From the human T2T-CHM13v2.0 reference genome, Homo sapiens, in the NCBI RefSeq assembly GCF_009914755.1, contig NC_060932.1: a stretch of 64,000 bases of DNA, one strand, 5' to 3'. Position numbers and translations under genes: made by a program. Shown here one piece after another: positions 1 through 12,956 of this stretch; the stretch's first letter is position 1, and the number at the start of each line of letters is the position of its first letter. The notes below the pieces were generated by a model, which worked only from the letters and a program-made list of their open reading frames with translations, searched no databases and was not told the origin of the DNA.

Positions 1-1221
1 TCTGAAAACTTGCAACAAACAACTCCAGGGATCCAAATACAAGAAAATGCCAATAAACCCTCAGAGGAACAGAAGACCCTGATGACTGAGCCCCAGGGTT
101 TCCTGGCATGCCTATCCATGGCTTCACTTGTTCCTCCATCCAAACATGGTGTCAGCGATTGCTCAGGTTTAATATCAGGGGATTTCCTTTGAAACAGGAG
201 CAAAACACAGCCAAAGGAGTGAATCTCTAACTGCAGAATTTCAACCATTAGAAACAGGTGACAGAGCTGTTTGGAGCAGTGAGGTGAGCAATCTCCTTGC
301 AGCTGGGAATCATACCCATGGAAACCTGTAGTTGGTCTTCACGTGGGGGTGGCCTGCATGCCTTAGCTTTCTTATCACAGGCCCTTGGGCATCATGACTC
401 CTCTGCACTCTGGAAACCCTCTGTTCTGGCCTCTCTAAAGGCCATGGCAACGCAAACATTTATAGAGTGTCTACCACGTGCAGGCCCTGTTCAGGCCTTG
501 GAGAGGCAAAGATGAACAAAGCCCAGACCCCACAAGCAAGGAGCTCCTAGCAAGGGGCCACATAGACGAGGAACTGGCAGGCATCACACAGAGCAATAGG
601 TTCAATGTCAGTGAAGTATTCAGGGCAGCCTGAGGCCCAAGTTCAGCCTTGGCAGGCAGGGAAATGTGTGAGAGGGTAAGAATAGGAACAGAATCCCTTC
701 AGGGGGGACCCCCGGGTTGAGCCCCAAAAGATGATTAGGTATTAACCAGCAAGAGGAGAGGAGGGAGGAATCTCAGGCAGAGGGAGCCGCAGTAACAAGG
801 CCCAGGAGAGGGACAGAGTGTGAGGTGTGCAGGACCTGGAAGCAAACGGCGGAAACAGCCCTTGACCAATGACAACAGGAGGAGACGTGTTCTTCTTAAT
901 TACGGGCATCAGCTCCTGGGCCCTGAAGCATTCTTGCCCATCTAAGATGTGTCCCTGTCCTCCCCTAGGGGCCCTGTCCTCCTCAAGTGGCTCCTGGGAT
1001 GAGGCCCATCTGCCTCTCCAAAGGCAGCTGGGATGTCCCATCCTGTATGTCCTAGGGGGCTGCCTGGGACTGCAGTTCCAAGGATGCTGGGGCGCTGTTG
1101 GGAAGAGGAAGGCTGCATGCGGGGTCTGGACGCCGTCTTTGGTTTAACCGTCACATCAGCCCTGTGGGGAAAGGATGAGAGTCTCACTTACAGGCACAGA
1201 AGCCAGAATCTTACCCAAAGA

Positions 1222-1774
1222 TGTTATAGGAAAGGGGTCCCGATCCAGACCCCAAGAGAGGGTTCTTGGATCTCGCACAAGAAAGAATTCAGGGTGAGTC
1301 CGTAGAATAAAGCGAAAGCAAGTTTATTAGGAAAGTAAAGCAATAAAAGAATGGGTACTCCATAGATGGAGCAGCCCCAAGGGCTGCTGGTTGCCTATTT
1401 TTATGGTTATTTCTTGATGATATGCTAAACAAGGGGTGGATTATTCATGCCTCCCCTTTTTACACCATATAGGGTAATTTCCTGACATTGCCATGGCATT
1501 TGTGAACTGTTATGGCGCTGGTGGGATGTAGCAGTGAGGATGACCAGAGGTCACTCTCATTGACATCTTGGTGTTGGTGGGATTTAGCTGGCTTCTTTAC
1601 TGCAACCTGTTTTATCAGCAAGGTCTTTATGACGTGTGTCTTGTGCAAACCTCTTGTCTCATTCTGTGATTTAGAATGCCTTAACTGTCTGGGAATGCAA
1701 CCCAGTAGGTTTCAGCCTCATTTTACCCAGCTCCTGTTCAAAATGGAGTCGTTCTGGTTCACACGCCTCTGACA
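1222..1774 (-). mobile_element. Solo ERV1 LTR, MER41A-like
   Basis: TG...CA termini and ~553 bp length. The + strand start TGTTATAGGAAAGGGGTCCCGATCCAGACCCCAAGAGAGGG and end GGTTCACACGCCTCTGACA match the recalled MER41 consensus. Flanks AAGA/AAGT resemble a 4-bp TSD. Confidence 0.85.
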
Positions 1775-2399
1775 AAGTCATGCAGCTGGAAGGCTCCGAG
1801 ACTTTGTGTGTTTGGTGCCAGGCGGGGCAGGGCAACATGATGGTGAAGCCCAGCTCTAGGAGCAGTCGGCCTGAGCGTGAGCCTGCCTCTACCTTGCACC
1901 AGCTGTTAGGCAAGTGCCTTGTGCCTCGGGGCCACAGCATCCTGCCTTAGAAAACAGGTCTCTAAAATAGGGGTATTCAGAGGGCTGGTGAGTTAGAGAT
2001 GCCCCTTGTAGTGTGGTTCAGTAAACGTCAGCCTCCTTCATTCTGGCTTTGTCAAGGCCTCGCTTCAGGGACTCCGGACATGGCCTTTCTCCTCCCCTTG
2101 TTATCTCCACTCTCTCAGGGACCAAAGTCTAATTCTTCCTTCCAATTGACTCCTTTTCACTGAAAGCCTCGCTTTTATCCCTGTCTTTTAACAGGGTCCT
2201 AAGCATCTTGCCTCTTCCTCTTTAGTCTTCATACACTTCATGGAGAAAAGAAGCTCACCCTGTCCCATTGTTGGCATTTGGGTCACTCTCATGCTTCACC
2301 GTTATTAACAATGCTGTGAGGGACATCCTCACATGTGTGCCTGCCATGTACTGGAGTATTTTCCTAGGGCAGAATTTCTAGGGTCCTCTTGTATTTAAT

Positions 2400-3545
2400 C
2401 ATTTTTTAAAATTTTGGATTCAGGAGCACATGTGCTTGTTTTGTTACATAAGTATATTATGTAATGGTGGGGATTGGGCTTCTCGTGTACCCATCACCCA
2501 AAGACTGAACGTTGGACCCAGTAGGTCATCTTTCAACTCTCCCCCTTCCCCATCCTTCCCTGTTTTTGGAGTTCCAGGTGTCTATTATCTTCATCCTTAT
2601 GTCCATATGTACCCACTGTTTAGCTTCTACTTATAAGTGAGAATATGCAATGTTTGATTTTCCACTTCTGAGTTAGTTCACGTAAGATGATGGCCTCCAG
2701 CTGCATCCATGTTGCTGCAAAGGACATGATTTTATTCTTATTTATAGCTGCACAGTATTCCATGGTGTATATGTACCACATTTACTTTATCCAGTCAACC
2801 ATTGATAGACACTTAGGTTGGCTCCATGACTTTGCAGTTGTGAATTATGCTGCAATAAATATACAAGTGCAGGTGTCTTTTTAATATACTGACTTCTTTA
2901 CCCTTAGGTAATACCCAGTAGTAGGATTGCTGGGTCGAATGGTAGTTCTATTTTTAGTTCTTGGAGAACTCTCCATACTGTGTTCCATAGAGGTCATACT
3001 AATTTACATTCCTACCAGCAGTGCATAAGTGTTCCCTTTTCTCTGCATCCTTGTCAACATCTGCTGTTTGAGACTTTTTATTTTTATTTTACTTTTGTTT
3101 TTATTTTTTTGAGACAGTCTCGCTCTATCACCTAGGCTGGAGTGCAGTGGTGTGATCTCGGCTCATTGCAACCTCTTCCTCCTGGGTTCAAGTGATTCTC
3201 TTGCCTCAGTCTCCTGAGTAGTTGGGACTACATATGTGCGCCACCACACCCGGCTAATTTTTGTACTTTTAGTGGAGACAGGTTTTTGCCATGTTGGCCA
3301 GGCTAGTCTCAGGCTCCTGACCAACTGATCCACCCGCCTTGGCCTCCCAAAGTGCTGAAATTACAGGCGTGAGCCACCGCACCCAGCCAGGACTTTTTAG
3401 TAATAGCCGTTCTAACTGGGGTATTACTGGCTTTTCCTGTAATAGCCATTCTCACTGTGGTTTTGATTTGCATTTCTCTGATGATTAGTGATGCTGAGCA
3501 TTTTTTGTATATTTATTGGCTGTGTGCGTCTCCTTTTGAGAAATA
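2400..3545 (-). mobile_element. Old L1 (L1PB/L1MA-like) 3' fragment interrupted by an Alu
   Basis: Typical antisense L1 3' end motifs (CATCCATGTTGCTGCAAAGGACATGATT, GGATTGCTGGGTCGAATGGTAGTTC). Boundaries are approximate. Confidence 0.8.
3075..3388 (-). mobile_element. Alu (S-like) inserted in L1
   Basis: Antisense Alu consensus with a T-rich tail. GACTTTTTA is repeated on both flanks. Confidence 0.9.
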
Positions 3546-4797
3546 TCTGAGATCTTCTTTTCACATTCTGGCATTTTCAGAAGAGGCATTATCACCCACT
3601 AACCCCACCAACATGGACAAATAGATGAGAGTAGCCAGGAGGGTGAGTGGGTGGGTGAGGGAAGGCTAGAAGAGGCTTGTGTGTCCTTCACCCTCTCCCC
3701 ATTCAGCCAGGGCAGCACCAGGTCTCATCTTCTCTCTCTAGGAAGGCATGAGGTGAGATTTCCTAATCATTGTCACGTTGGGTTCAAAGTGGGAGATGTG
3801 GAGCCTCTGGTGTCCTCCAGCCTCCCTCAAGGGCCCTCGGTCTGCAATGGAGGAACTTGCCACATCCCTGCCCTCCCATCTTTTACCTGTGAGAGCACTG
3901 TGTGTGAGCTGAGGACAGCTGGGCTCTGGGGAAGCTGTCTCACAGCTTGTGAAGCTCCAGGCACCTGAGCCCTTGGAGGTCTTCAGAAAATATCTGTTTC
4001 CTTCTCCTTTAAGTTAGGGCTGAGATGACTCAGAAAGTTCCTGGGAAGTAAGATTTTTTAAACTCCTGATCCGCAATTCGTCCTTGACCTTGAGATCGGC
4101 AGGTCTTTCTAATTCCTGCCCCCATGGTGCACGCCTGCCAAGGGATACAGGATTCCTTTCATGATCTTGTCCTCCTGTGCACATGGAAGCCTCCCATTAT
4201 TCCTTCTAGGGCCTGGAACGCCAGGCTGAGGGATGAGGCCTTTCTCCTGGAGCCCCTGAAGGTTTCTGAGCAGGAGAGGTGACAGGGCCTCCTCCTCCTC
4301 CTTTCTCATCTCCCCAAACCTTTCTGGGATGTTTATTTGTGAGATCTGAACCAGGCTGGTTCCATGAGGATGTTGCAGGCCTTGGTAGGCTGGGTACCTA
4401 AGAGAAGTCTTAGCAGGAGAATTTTGGCCTTTGGTTTGTGGAGAGGGTATTTATTGTTGGCAGATGGAGGTTGGAGGAAAGGAAGAAAGGGGTGTTGTGG
4501 GCTGCAGAGGCCCCCAGAGCCAGGCAGGCAGGCCTCCCCTCAGCCCTGAACCATGTCGCCACTGGATCATCTAACAGGCCACTTAGATGAGGAAACTGAG
4601 ACCCCGAGAGAAGACAGGCAGGCCACATCACACAAGCTAAGTCATAGCAGATTTGGGATGAGAACCCAGACAGCACTGAATAAACTTTTCTGCCCTGAGG
4701 GGCCTCGCACCTCAATCTGATGTGCCTGGGAGTGTGCCTGCTGCCCCGGGAAGCCTAACTGGTCTCTTGTGTCCTTTTTGCTTCTTGCTGAGCCCAG

Positions 4798-4888
4798 CCT
4801 GGGCATAGTGGTAGATGTGACTGCAGCTGGCGTCGTTGGGTCTGGAATGCAAAACATGGGAATCAGGCCTGGCACCCCGGCCAGCCAC
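4798..4888 (+). pseudogene. GULOP: GULO pseudogene exon 5 remnant
   Basis: AG|C CTG...CAC|GTGAGT, 91 nt. Translates LGIVVDVTAAGVVGSGMQNMGIRPGTPASH against recalled rodent [30 protein letters not shown], with the same length and phases. Confidence 0.9.
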
Positions 4889-6249
4889 GTGAGTCCACCT
4901 GCTTCCCCTGCAGTGCTGGCTCAGCTCTGTGGGGGCCTCATACCCAGCCCAGCTGGCCCCCTTTGGCAGAGATGCAACAGGTGCCCTCCAGGTATGTCAC
5001 TGCCTTCTCTGGCTGACAGTCACGATGAGGAAGGGACCCTGCTGCATGTCGGTGCTCTGACAGTTGCACAGTGCCCTCCCACCTTCGTCTCTTAGGAGCT
5101 TCACTGCCACCCTGTGGGAAGGGATGGGCAGGGATGGGGTGCAGGGAAGGGGTGCCATCTCCACTGAAGATCTGAGCCAGAGCTGTGCAGGGGATGGGGC
5201 TGTCCAGGTTAGCAGGTGCAGGGAGGGGTCAGGATAGGAGCCCAGTGCTTGTGGACCTGGAACCCCTACCTTATAGTCATTAAAAAGCATTTCTTACACT
5301 TCACAAGAGACCATTTGGGGAACTGGTTAAGAGCACAGGTCTGGGACTCAGCCCTGGGTTCAAAGCCTGGCTCCACCACTCACTGGGTGTGGAATGCACA
5401 TTTGGTTGCTTAGCTTCTCTGGACATCCCTGTAAAAAAGCATCACCCCCAATGGGGAGAGCAATCCTCAACTCGTTGAAGAGGAACTTAGATAGCACATG
5501 TTACATGTGTGGCCAACCAGAGGACAATTCAGCGGATGCCTGTGTCAGGAGCCACCCTTTGGAGGGCAGTCACCTTGAGCTTTCAATATTAGGAGGGGCT
5601 TCCTCTCTGCCAGGCTGGGCCTCCCTGGAGCAGGCTGCTGGGGTGCTTGCAGAGGCTGGCTGCTCATTTGTCGGAGACGTACAAGACACTCCTGTGCTGG
5701 TGCAGTGGTGCACACACTCAGCTGTGCTTTCTTTCTCCTGTATGAGCCCATTTGCACTAGGGGCCATGTGGCTTTGGCCCCTGGAGCATCATGGCTAAGT
5801 GCTGGGGCTCCACCACTATTGTCTGTGTAACCTGGGGCAGGTCTCTTTACCTCTGGCTACCTCAGTTTGCTTACCTGGAAAATAGGAATGCTCATGATAG
5901 CCATGCATGTGAGGGACTTAGAAGAGTGTATACAGTTAGTGCCCAATAAGTGTTTATGATGGTTTTGCTTATAAGACAAGCCCTTTTCCAGAGCCCACAC
6001 TTGGTGCTGACTTAGAAGCTTCAGCATTGCCAGGGGTTAGACCACATGGGTCATCTAAGTTTCCTCTCGACTACACAAATTTCCTCTTGGTTCTGCATAC
6101 GTTTCCTCTCAACTAAGCATACCCTGCCTTCTCCAGGGGTTCTGATGAAGGCAAGCAGCCAAGCAAACACTGTCTGACTGACTTCTAGGAGTTTGACCCC
6201 AGGTAGTCCAGGCTCAGAGCAGCACTGAGACCAAAAGCAAACAGCCCAA

Positions 6250-6557
6250 GTCTGGGCATGGTGGCTCATGCATGTAATCCCAGGATTTGGGAGGCTGAGG
6301 TGGGCAGATCACTTGAGCCCCGGAGTTCGAGATCAGCCTGGCCAATATGGCAAAAACCCGTCTCTACCAAAAAAAAAAAAAAAAAAAATTTAAATATTAG
6401 CCAGGTGTGGTGGCACATGCCTGTAGTCCCAGCTTGGGAGGCCGAGGTGGGAGGATCACTTGAGCCCAGGAGAGTGAGTGCAGTGAGCTGAGATCACGCC
6501 ACTGCACTCCAGCCTGGGCTACGGAGTGAGACCCTGTCTCTAGTAAATAAATAAAAA
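6250..6557 (+). mobile_element. Alu
   Basis: Full Alu dimer with AAACAGCCCAA TSD. Confidence 0.9.
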
Positions 6558-7097
6558 CAGCCCAAAAGCAATTTCTAAGGGATGCACTTTGTTTTTATTT
6601 GTATTTCTTGAATTCTGTGAAGGGAAACCTAATTCCCAGTGACTGCTCCTTAAAACTCACTCTGCTTTCTCTTGGGCATCACATACACACCCTCGTTGCT
6701 CCTTGCCCTTCTCCTCCTCCCTCTTTTCATCACAAAATCCTCAAAAAATCACCAGGCAAGACGGGAGCATCTGAGGGGATGGGGCTGCGGAAGGGGAAGG
6801 ACTGAGGCCATTCGCATCCATCATTCTTGCGCCCTCCCAGGTAAGAGGCTTTGCAGCAAAGCATAGAGGGATGTGTGGGTCCTGATTCCCCAGAGCCCAG
6901 CATGGACATTCTCATTTCCTCCTCAAAGCTGGGTTCACTGCCCGAGGGAGCCCAGTGGTAACTGAGGGTGAAGGATGACATGAGAGCCACCCCCTTCCTC
7001 AAGATTTGGCCCCAGTCCTAGTCCACTATCCAGGACTTATGTCAAATCGGTTGCCTCAGTTTCTACAAAATGATCAGCAAAGTATGAATGTCATTGA

Positions 7098-7409
7098 GGC
7101 TGGGCGCAGTGGCTCACCTGTAATCCCAGCACTTTGGGAGGCCGAGGCGGGCGGACCACCTGCAGTCAGAAGTTCGAAGCCGGTCTGGCCAACATGGTGA
7201 AACCCCGACTCTACTAAAAATACAAAAAATTAGCCGGGTGTGGTGGCAGACACCTGTAATCCTAGCTACTCGGGAGCCTGAGGCAGGAGAATCGCTTGAA
7301 CCTGGGAGACAGTGGTTGCAGTGAGCCGAGATCTCACCTCTAGCCTGGGCAACAAGAGCAAAACTCCATCTCAAAAAATAAAAAAATAATAAAAAAAAAG
7401 AAAAAGAAA
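7098..7409 (+). mobile_element. Alu (S-like)
   Basis: Full Alu dimer with GTCATTGA TSD. Confidence 0.9.
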
Positions 7410-8894
7410 GTCATTGAGTGGCCACAGATCAAAATACACACAAGAGTTTCTGGCTTTTCTTAGGAGCCCAGCTGAGCAGGTCTGGAAGCCAGTGGAAGGG
7501 GCTGCTGTTTTTTTTCACAACTTACCCTGATATTCCCTCATTTTATCCTCACCTCAATAGTTATAACTATTATCTCCATTTTACAAACGAGGAAACAGGC
7601 TGAATAACACACCCGAGGTCATACAGCTAGCAAAGACAGTGCCTGTTGCGCATTGGTTTCTGGATCCTGTGGAAGTGTTTTGCAGGCCAGCTCTCATTTG
7701 CTTCCCTGGATCTTAGACAAAAGCTAGCTTTTGTAAAACTCATTCTGATGCCCTCACCCTGCTCCCCAGGTGCCCCATTTCTGCCAATTTCCTATCTCTG
7801 GTCTTTGCTCACTGTTAATGAGAATTAGTTCAGCTTTATGTGTTCTCTCACCCCAAGCTCCTGGCCACCAACTGCACATGTCAAAAGCAATTTCCATCAA
7901 AATTAGCAGGTAGCGGAGTGTGAAGTGCTTAAACAGCGTCAAGAGAGGTTTCCTCTGGAGATGCCAGGGGAAGGTGTAGAAGTCAGTCATCAGATTTCCA
8001 CTGGGCACCCTGGTCTTTGCAGAAACCCAAAGACATCTGGCTGGGTGTGGCTGAATAGGAGGATCTAGTTCCGAAGGTGGATGGGCACGTGGATGAGGGG
8101 AGGGACAGCTTGGCCAACACATTGCCCAGGAAAAGCAATAGGCAGAGAAGTGCCTGGGACCCTGGCTCCTGGGCTGGCCTGACCCCAGATGCACACACAT
8201 CCTCATTTTGTCTTCCCAAGGCCCTTCCCCCAGGAACCCATGGCTCCTTGAAGCCTAGTCTCCTCTTAGAGCTGCCCTGGGCAGAGGAGGCCTTGCTGCA
8301 TCCTGACTGTGAGGCCCACAGGGTGCATGGGCAGCGGTTCTGGGAGGATAACCCAGGTCCCCTCATGCAGTGTTGGGCCCACCCCCTGTGGGGAACTGAT
8401 GCCCACTTAAGCATAGCCTCCCTTTCCCCATCTCTACTGTTCTTTCCCATGACAATGAGACCCCTCAGGTTGTGACAGTAGACCCTGGCTCTTCAGGCCC
8501 CCTGAATTGGGGCAAGGGAGATGACCTCACCACCCTTTCCTTGGCCCTGGGGACACTGTGGCCAGGACCCTTCTGAGCAGGTCAGTGAACCTGGAGGAAC
8601 TGCAGGAGGTAGCAGAGGCATGGGCAGGAAAAGGGGTTGAGTAGAGACTTGCCACAGGAGACATGAGGCTGGTGTGAGCTGCCGCTCCTGGGAGGGCATT
8701 AACCCTCAGCTGCACTGAGCCCCAGAGGATATGCCTGGGATTCCCTTTATAATGGTTTCTTCACAGCAAGGTGGGTGGAGTCATTTTCAGGCTTATTTGG
8801 CTGCTTAAGGTGACATGCAGGGTATTTGGATCTGGATAACGGGGGGCTTGTAATTTATAGCAGTGCTTTTTGAATGAATGAAAAACAGTGTTGT

Positions 8895-9760
8895 ATGGAC
8901 AAATGGATGGATGGATGGATGGATGAAGGACTAGATGGGTAGAGGGATAGATAAAGGGATGGATGAAGGGACGGATGGATGGATTGATGGATGGATGGAT
9001 GGTTGAATGGATGAAGGGATGGATGGATGGATGGATAGATGGATGGTTGGTTGGTTGGAGGGATGAATGAAGGGATGGATGGATGAATGGATGGATGGAT
9101 GGTTGGTTGAAGGGATGGATGAAGGGATGGATGGATGAATGGATGGATGGATGGTTGGTTGGTTGGAGGGATAGATGAAGGGATGGATGGATGGATGGTT
9201 GGTTGGTTGGAGGGATGGATGAAGGGATGGATGGATGAATGGATGAATGGATGGATGGAAGGATGGGTGGATAGATGGATGGATGGGTGGATAGATGGAT
9301 GGATGGTTGGATGGGTGGATGAAGGGATGGATGGATGGATGGATGGATGGATGGTTGGTTGGTTAGAGGGATGGATGGATGGATGGTTGGATGGATGGAT
9401 GAAGGGATGAGTGGATGAATGGATAGCTGGATGGTTGAATGGTTGGATGGATGGATGAAGGGATGGATAGATGGATGGATGGTTGGTTTGAGGGATGAAT
9501 GAAGGGATGGATGGATGGACAAATGGATGGATGGATGGATGAAGGGATGGATGAAGGGATGGATGCATGGATGGATGAAGGGATGGATGGATGGATGGAT
9601 GGACGGATGGATGGATGGATGGATAGCTGGATGGATAAAGGGAAGGATGGATGATGGATGGATGGTTGGATGGATGAAGGGATGGATGGACGGATGAAGA
9701 GATGGGAGAATGGATGATGGATGGATAGATAGATGAAGAGATGGATGGATGGGTGGGTGG
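8895..9760. repeat. Long compound (GGAT)n simple repeat with GGTT/GAAG/GAAT variant units
   Basis: About 865 bp of directly visible tetranucleotide repeat. Confidence 0.97.
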
Positions 9761-11849
9761 TATGCAGCATACCTGAAGTGCCTGGAATCCTAGATCCATT
9801 CTTCATATTCACTAAACCATAGGACTCAAATCTATGGTTTCAAGTTCCTTGAAGTTTGGGCTCTTCTCTAGTCATATTGAATAAGGATTCAATATGAGCA
9901 GATCCTCTGTGCAGATGGAGTTGGCAATAATTTGAGCAGTACTGACTCAAGAAGATGAAGATCATGGGCTTTGAAATCAAATGAACCCAATTTTGAATGC
10001 TGGCTCTGCAATTCCTAAGCTGTGAGCGTGTGCCAGTCATTTAATCCTGCTGAGCCTTAGTTTCCTCATCTACGGAGAGTGTTAATAATGTCTACCTTAA
10101 AGTATTGAATCTGAGGATTAAGCCAGATAATACATGTAAAGCATCTAGTTTAGTGTTCAAACATGCCCCGCATGGCACTCAGTAGGTGACAAACAGAAAC
10201 TTGTTTTCTAGCCCCCAGTCTAAAATCCTTCCCACTGGAATTTCTAATACTTTAAGACTTGGGGCAAAGACCTTCACTCCAGAAGCCCCCTCCTCAGAGG
10301 CATGAGTTTGGGGAAAATCTTTACCCAGAACTCCCAACTGGTGGTTGAAAAAGTGATTCCACAGTTCCCGGGGTACAGCATGGATCCCTGAGGTGCCAAT
10401 GCTGGGCCTGCAGAAATCATTCAGCAAATGAGATGCCTGATGTCTTAGCCCAAGAGAGTGGGGCAAGTTCAGGACAAGAGCATTCCGTAGAATTGTTGGG
10501 CTTTGAAAAGGCATGCCTGAGCCAGGGAGCCCCGTGAGGAAAGGGGCAGGGAGGAGGACACTGGAATGAGGAAGGGAGGCTGGATGTTCACTGGCCCACA
10601 CGGCTCCACCTGGAGCCGTCCCAGACTCTGAGCTTTTTGGGGTGACCTTGGGTGTGCTTCAACCAGCCACAGTCCCTCAGAGCAGTGCCAAGGGGTTCAC
10701 CAAGGCCACTTGTTCACACCAAACAGGGTTTAAAAGGCATTTTCATATTCTGCCCAGTGCCAGGCATGCTGATTGAGAGGGATTGTGGATTTGGCATTTG
10801 GGGCTCATATGACCCATGGGCTCACCTTGAGAGCCATGAAATACCATTCTGAGCTCCCACCATGAAGACGGAAGAGATTTTCCTCCAGCCCTCATGCCTC
10901 TGTTGATCGTGGCCTTTCCCCTCTCTGCCTGTCAGGAGTGAACGCTCCCTCCTGGCTATGCAGCAGAATGTGGCAGGGACTCCCACAGAGGTGCAACCCA
11001 GGGAGGGACCTTTGTCAGGCCTGTGCTGGGCAGCCCAGTGACCCTTTCTTCTCCTCAACAGTCCCCTCCAGGACAGCCTGCATCTCTCCCCCTCAGCAGC
11101 TCCTGCCGTCATCTCTGCCCTTCAGGGTCCTTCTGGCCTGGACTGGACTGGCTGCAGAAGTGATAATAGGTCTTTTGCTTGGCTCATTCCTGCTGTCTCT
11201 GAACCAAGTACACCAGCCTTTCTCAGTTAAACGGTTTCTAACATACAGGGAATTATGGAAATAGCATGCAGCGAGGGGTCCCAGAGCAGCCCGTCTTGGT
11301 CTGTGCACTGAGGTTAAGCTCTGCGCGTGGACTCGTGAAGGAACTTCAGCCTTAGAGCTGGGCCTCCAGGACCAGCAGAGGAGCCAGCCTGCCCTTGGGG
11401 CTTGAAGTTGAAGGCAGTATCCAGTGCAGAGGGCCTACCCAGGAGCTAAAGAAATAATTCAAGCCTGGCAGAGACGGCCGAGGCAAAGACCATGCCTCAA
11501 GTCCGGAACATGGGAAGGAGGTGTGGACGAGGCTGGGCAGAGTGAGCATGGCCTGGAGAGGATCCTAGGGGCTGGAATACAGAGCCAAGTCCATTTTCTC
11601 AGGGTCCATGTTCAAGAGGTATTTAGGATGAGGAACCAACAGGACTCGGCAGCTGAGTGTGTGGTGAGGTGGCAGGAAGGAAGAGTCAAGGATGATGGGG
11701 CCACCATCAGTAGAGAATCCAGGAGGCTCGGCAGGGGCAACAAGGTGATTGTTTCCTTTGGGAACTTGAGTTCGAGGGGTCTCAAGCGGAAGTGTCGGAG
11801 CAGCTGCTTTGAAGTTCAGGAACTCAGGGGCTGGAGGTACAGATTGAGA

Positions 11850-12239
11850 TGTCATATTCACCAGCTAGAGAGGCCATAGCAAATACCACAGGCTGGGCAG
11901 CTTCAACAGCAGATATTTATTCCCTTGTGGTTCTGGAGGTAAGAAGTTCAAGGTGAAGGTGCTGGCAGGGTTGGTTTCTCCTGAGCCTCTCTCCTTGGCT
12001 TGCACATGGCCACTTTCTTCCTGTGTCCTCACATGGTCATCTCTCTGTGTGCCTATGTTCCTAATCTCCTGTTCCTATAAGGACACCAGTCACATTGGAT
12101 TAGGGCCCCTTCATATGACCTCACTGAACCCTAATCACCTCTTTAAAGACACAGTCTCCAAAGACAGTCACATTCTGAGGTGCCAGGGGTTAGGAACTCA
12201 ACGTAGGACTTTGGAGGAGGCACAGTTCAGGCCATAACA
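11850..12239. mobile_element. MaLR LTR (MLT1-like)
   Basis: AAATACCACAGGCTGGG...GTTCTGGAGG...AAGTTCAAGGTGAAGGTGCTGGCAGGGTTGG...GCCATAACA are typical MLT1 motifs. Confidence 0.75.
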
Positions 12240-12918
12240 AGGGTCATCAGCTCCAAGACAAGTGACCGCAAGAGTGGAGGGGACACCCAGGGAGAATGGG
12301 TTTGGGTGACAAGAGGGCCTTCGAGGACAGGAGCATTCCACGGGTGAGAGGACGCAGAGGCTGCCATGAAGGAAACAAAGGGGATGGTGAGAGAAGACTG
12401 AGGACCATAGGAGGGCGGTGCTCTGGAAGCAATGGTGCTGGGTGCCCAGGATGGAGGCGTCAATGCTGCAGGGAATCAGGGACCCACACCCGGAGCTGAT
12501 TATTCACAGCCATTGCTGACCTCTCTCTGTGAGAACAGCTGGAGTGGGGCATTGGGCAGGGTGAGGGGTGAATGACCATCACAAGCCAGGAAAAGATGGG
12601 TGGCAGGACCTCTTTCAACAAGAAAGGTGCCAAAACCCTGCCTAGTTATAGAATCAACTTTTCTACTTCACACTCAGATCAGAATTTATTAATCTTTAAG
12701 CTGAATGTTTTGACCCAGAGATAAAGGGATGCTTCTTTTTGCCAGAGGATTGGCTTTGGCCCCCTCTCTCCTGCTAGGATATTAGAGGTGGGTGGAAGAT
12801 GGACGGTCTCCTGGTACCTGCCCACCCTCTCTCCGCCCTCTCTTTGACCTGGCTGAGATGGGCTGAGATTGATTACAGCTAAGTCCTGTTTCTGTCAGAG
12901 CCTAAGCTTGGGCTGCCA

Positions 12919-12956
12919 TGCGCGCGCACGCGCACACACACACACACACACACACA
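12919..12956. repeat. (CG)n/(CA)n alternating purine-pyrimidine microsatellite
   Basis: TGCGCGCGCACGCGCACACACA... seen directly. Confidence 0.95.

Noticed and set aside
8281-8350. EEALLHPDCEAH, vaguely like GULO exon 10
   Set aside because: The true exon 10 is at 26287. This match is short and out of order.
8761-9812. Long ORFs (253, 314 and 149 aa) rich in H/P/S/I or W/M/D/G
   Set aside because: They are translations of the (GGAT)n simple repeat, with no coding evidence.
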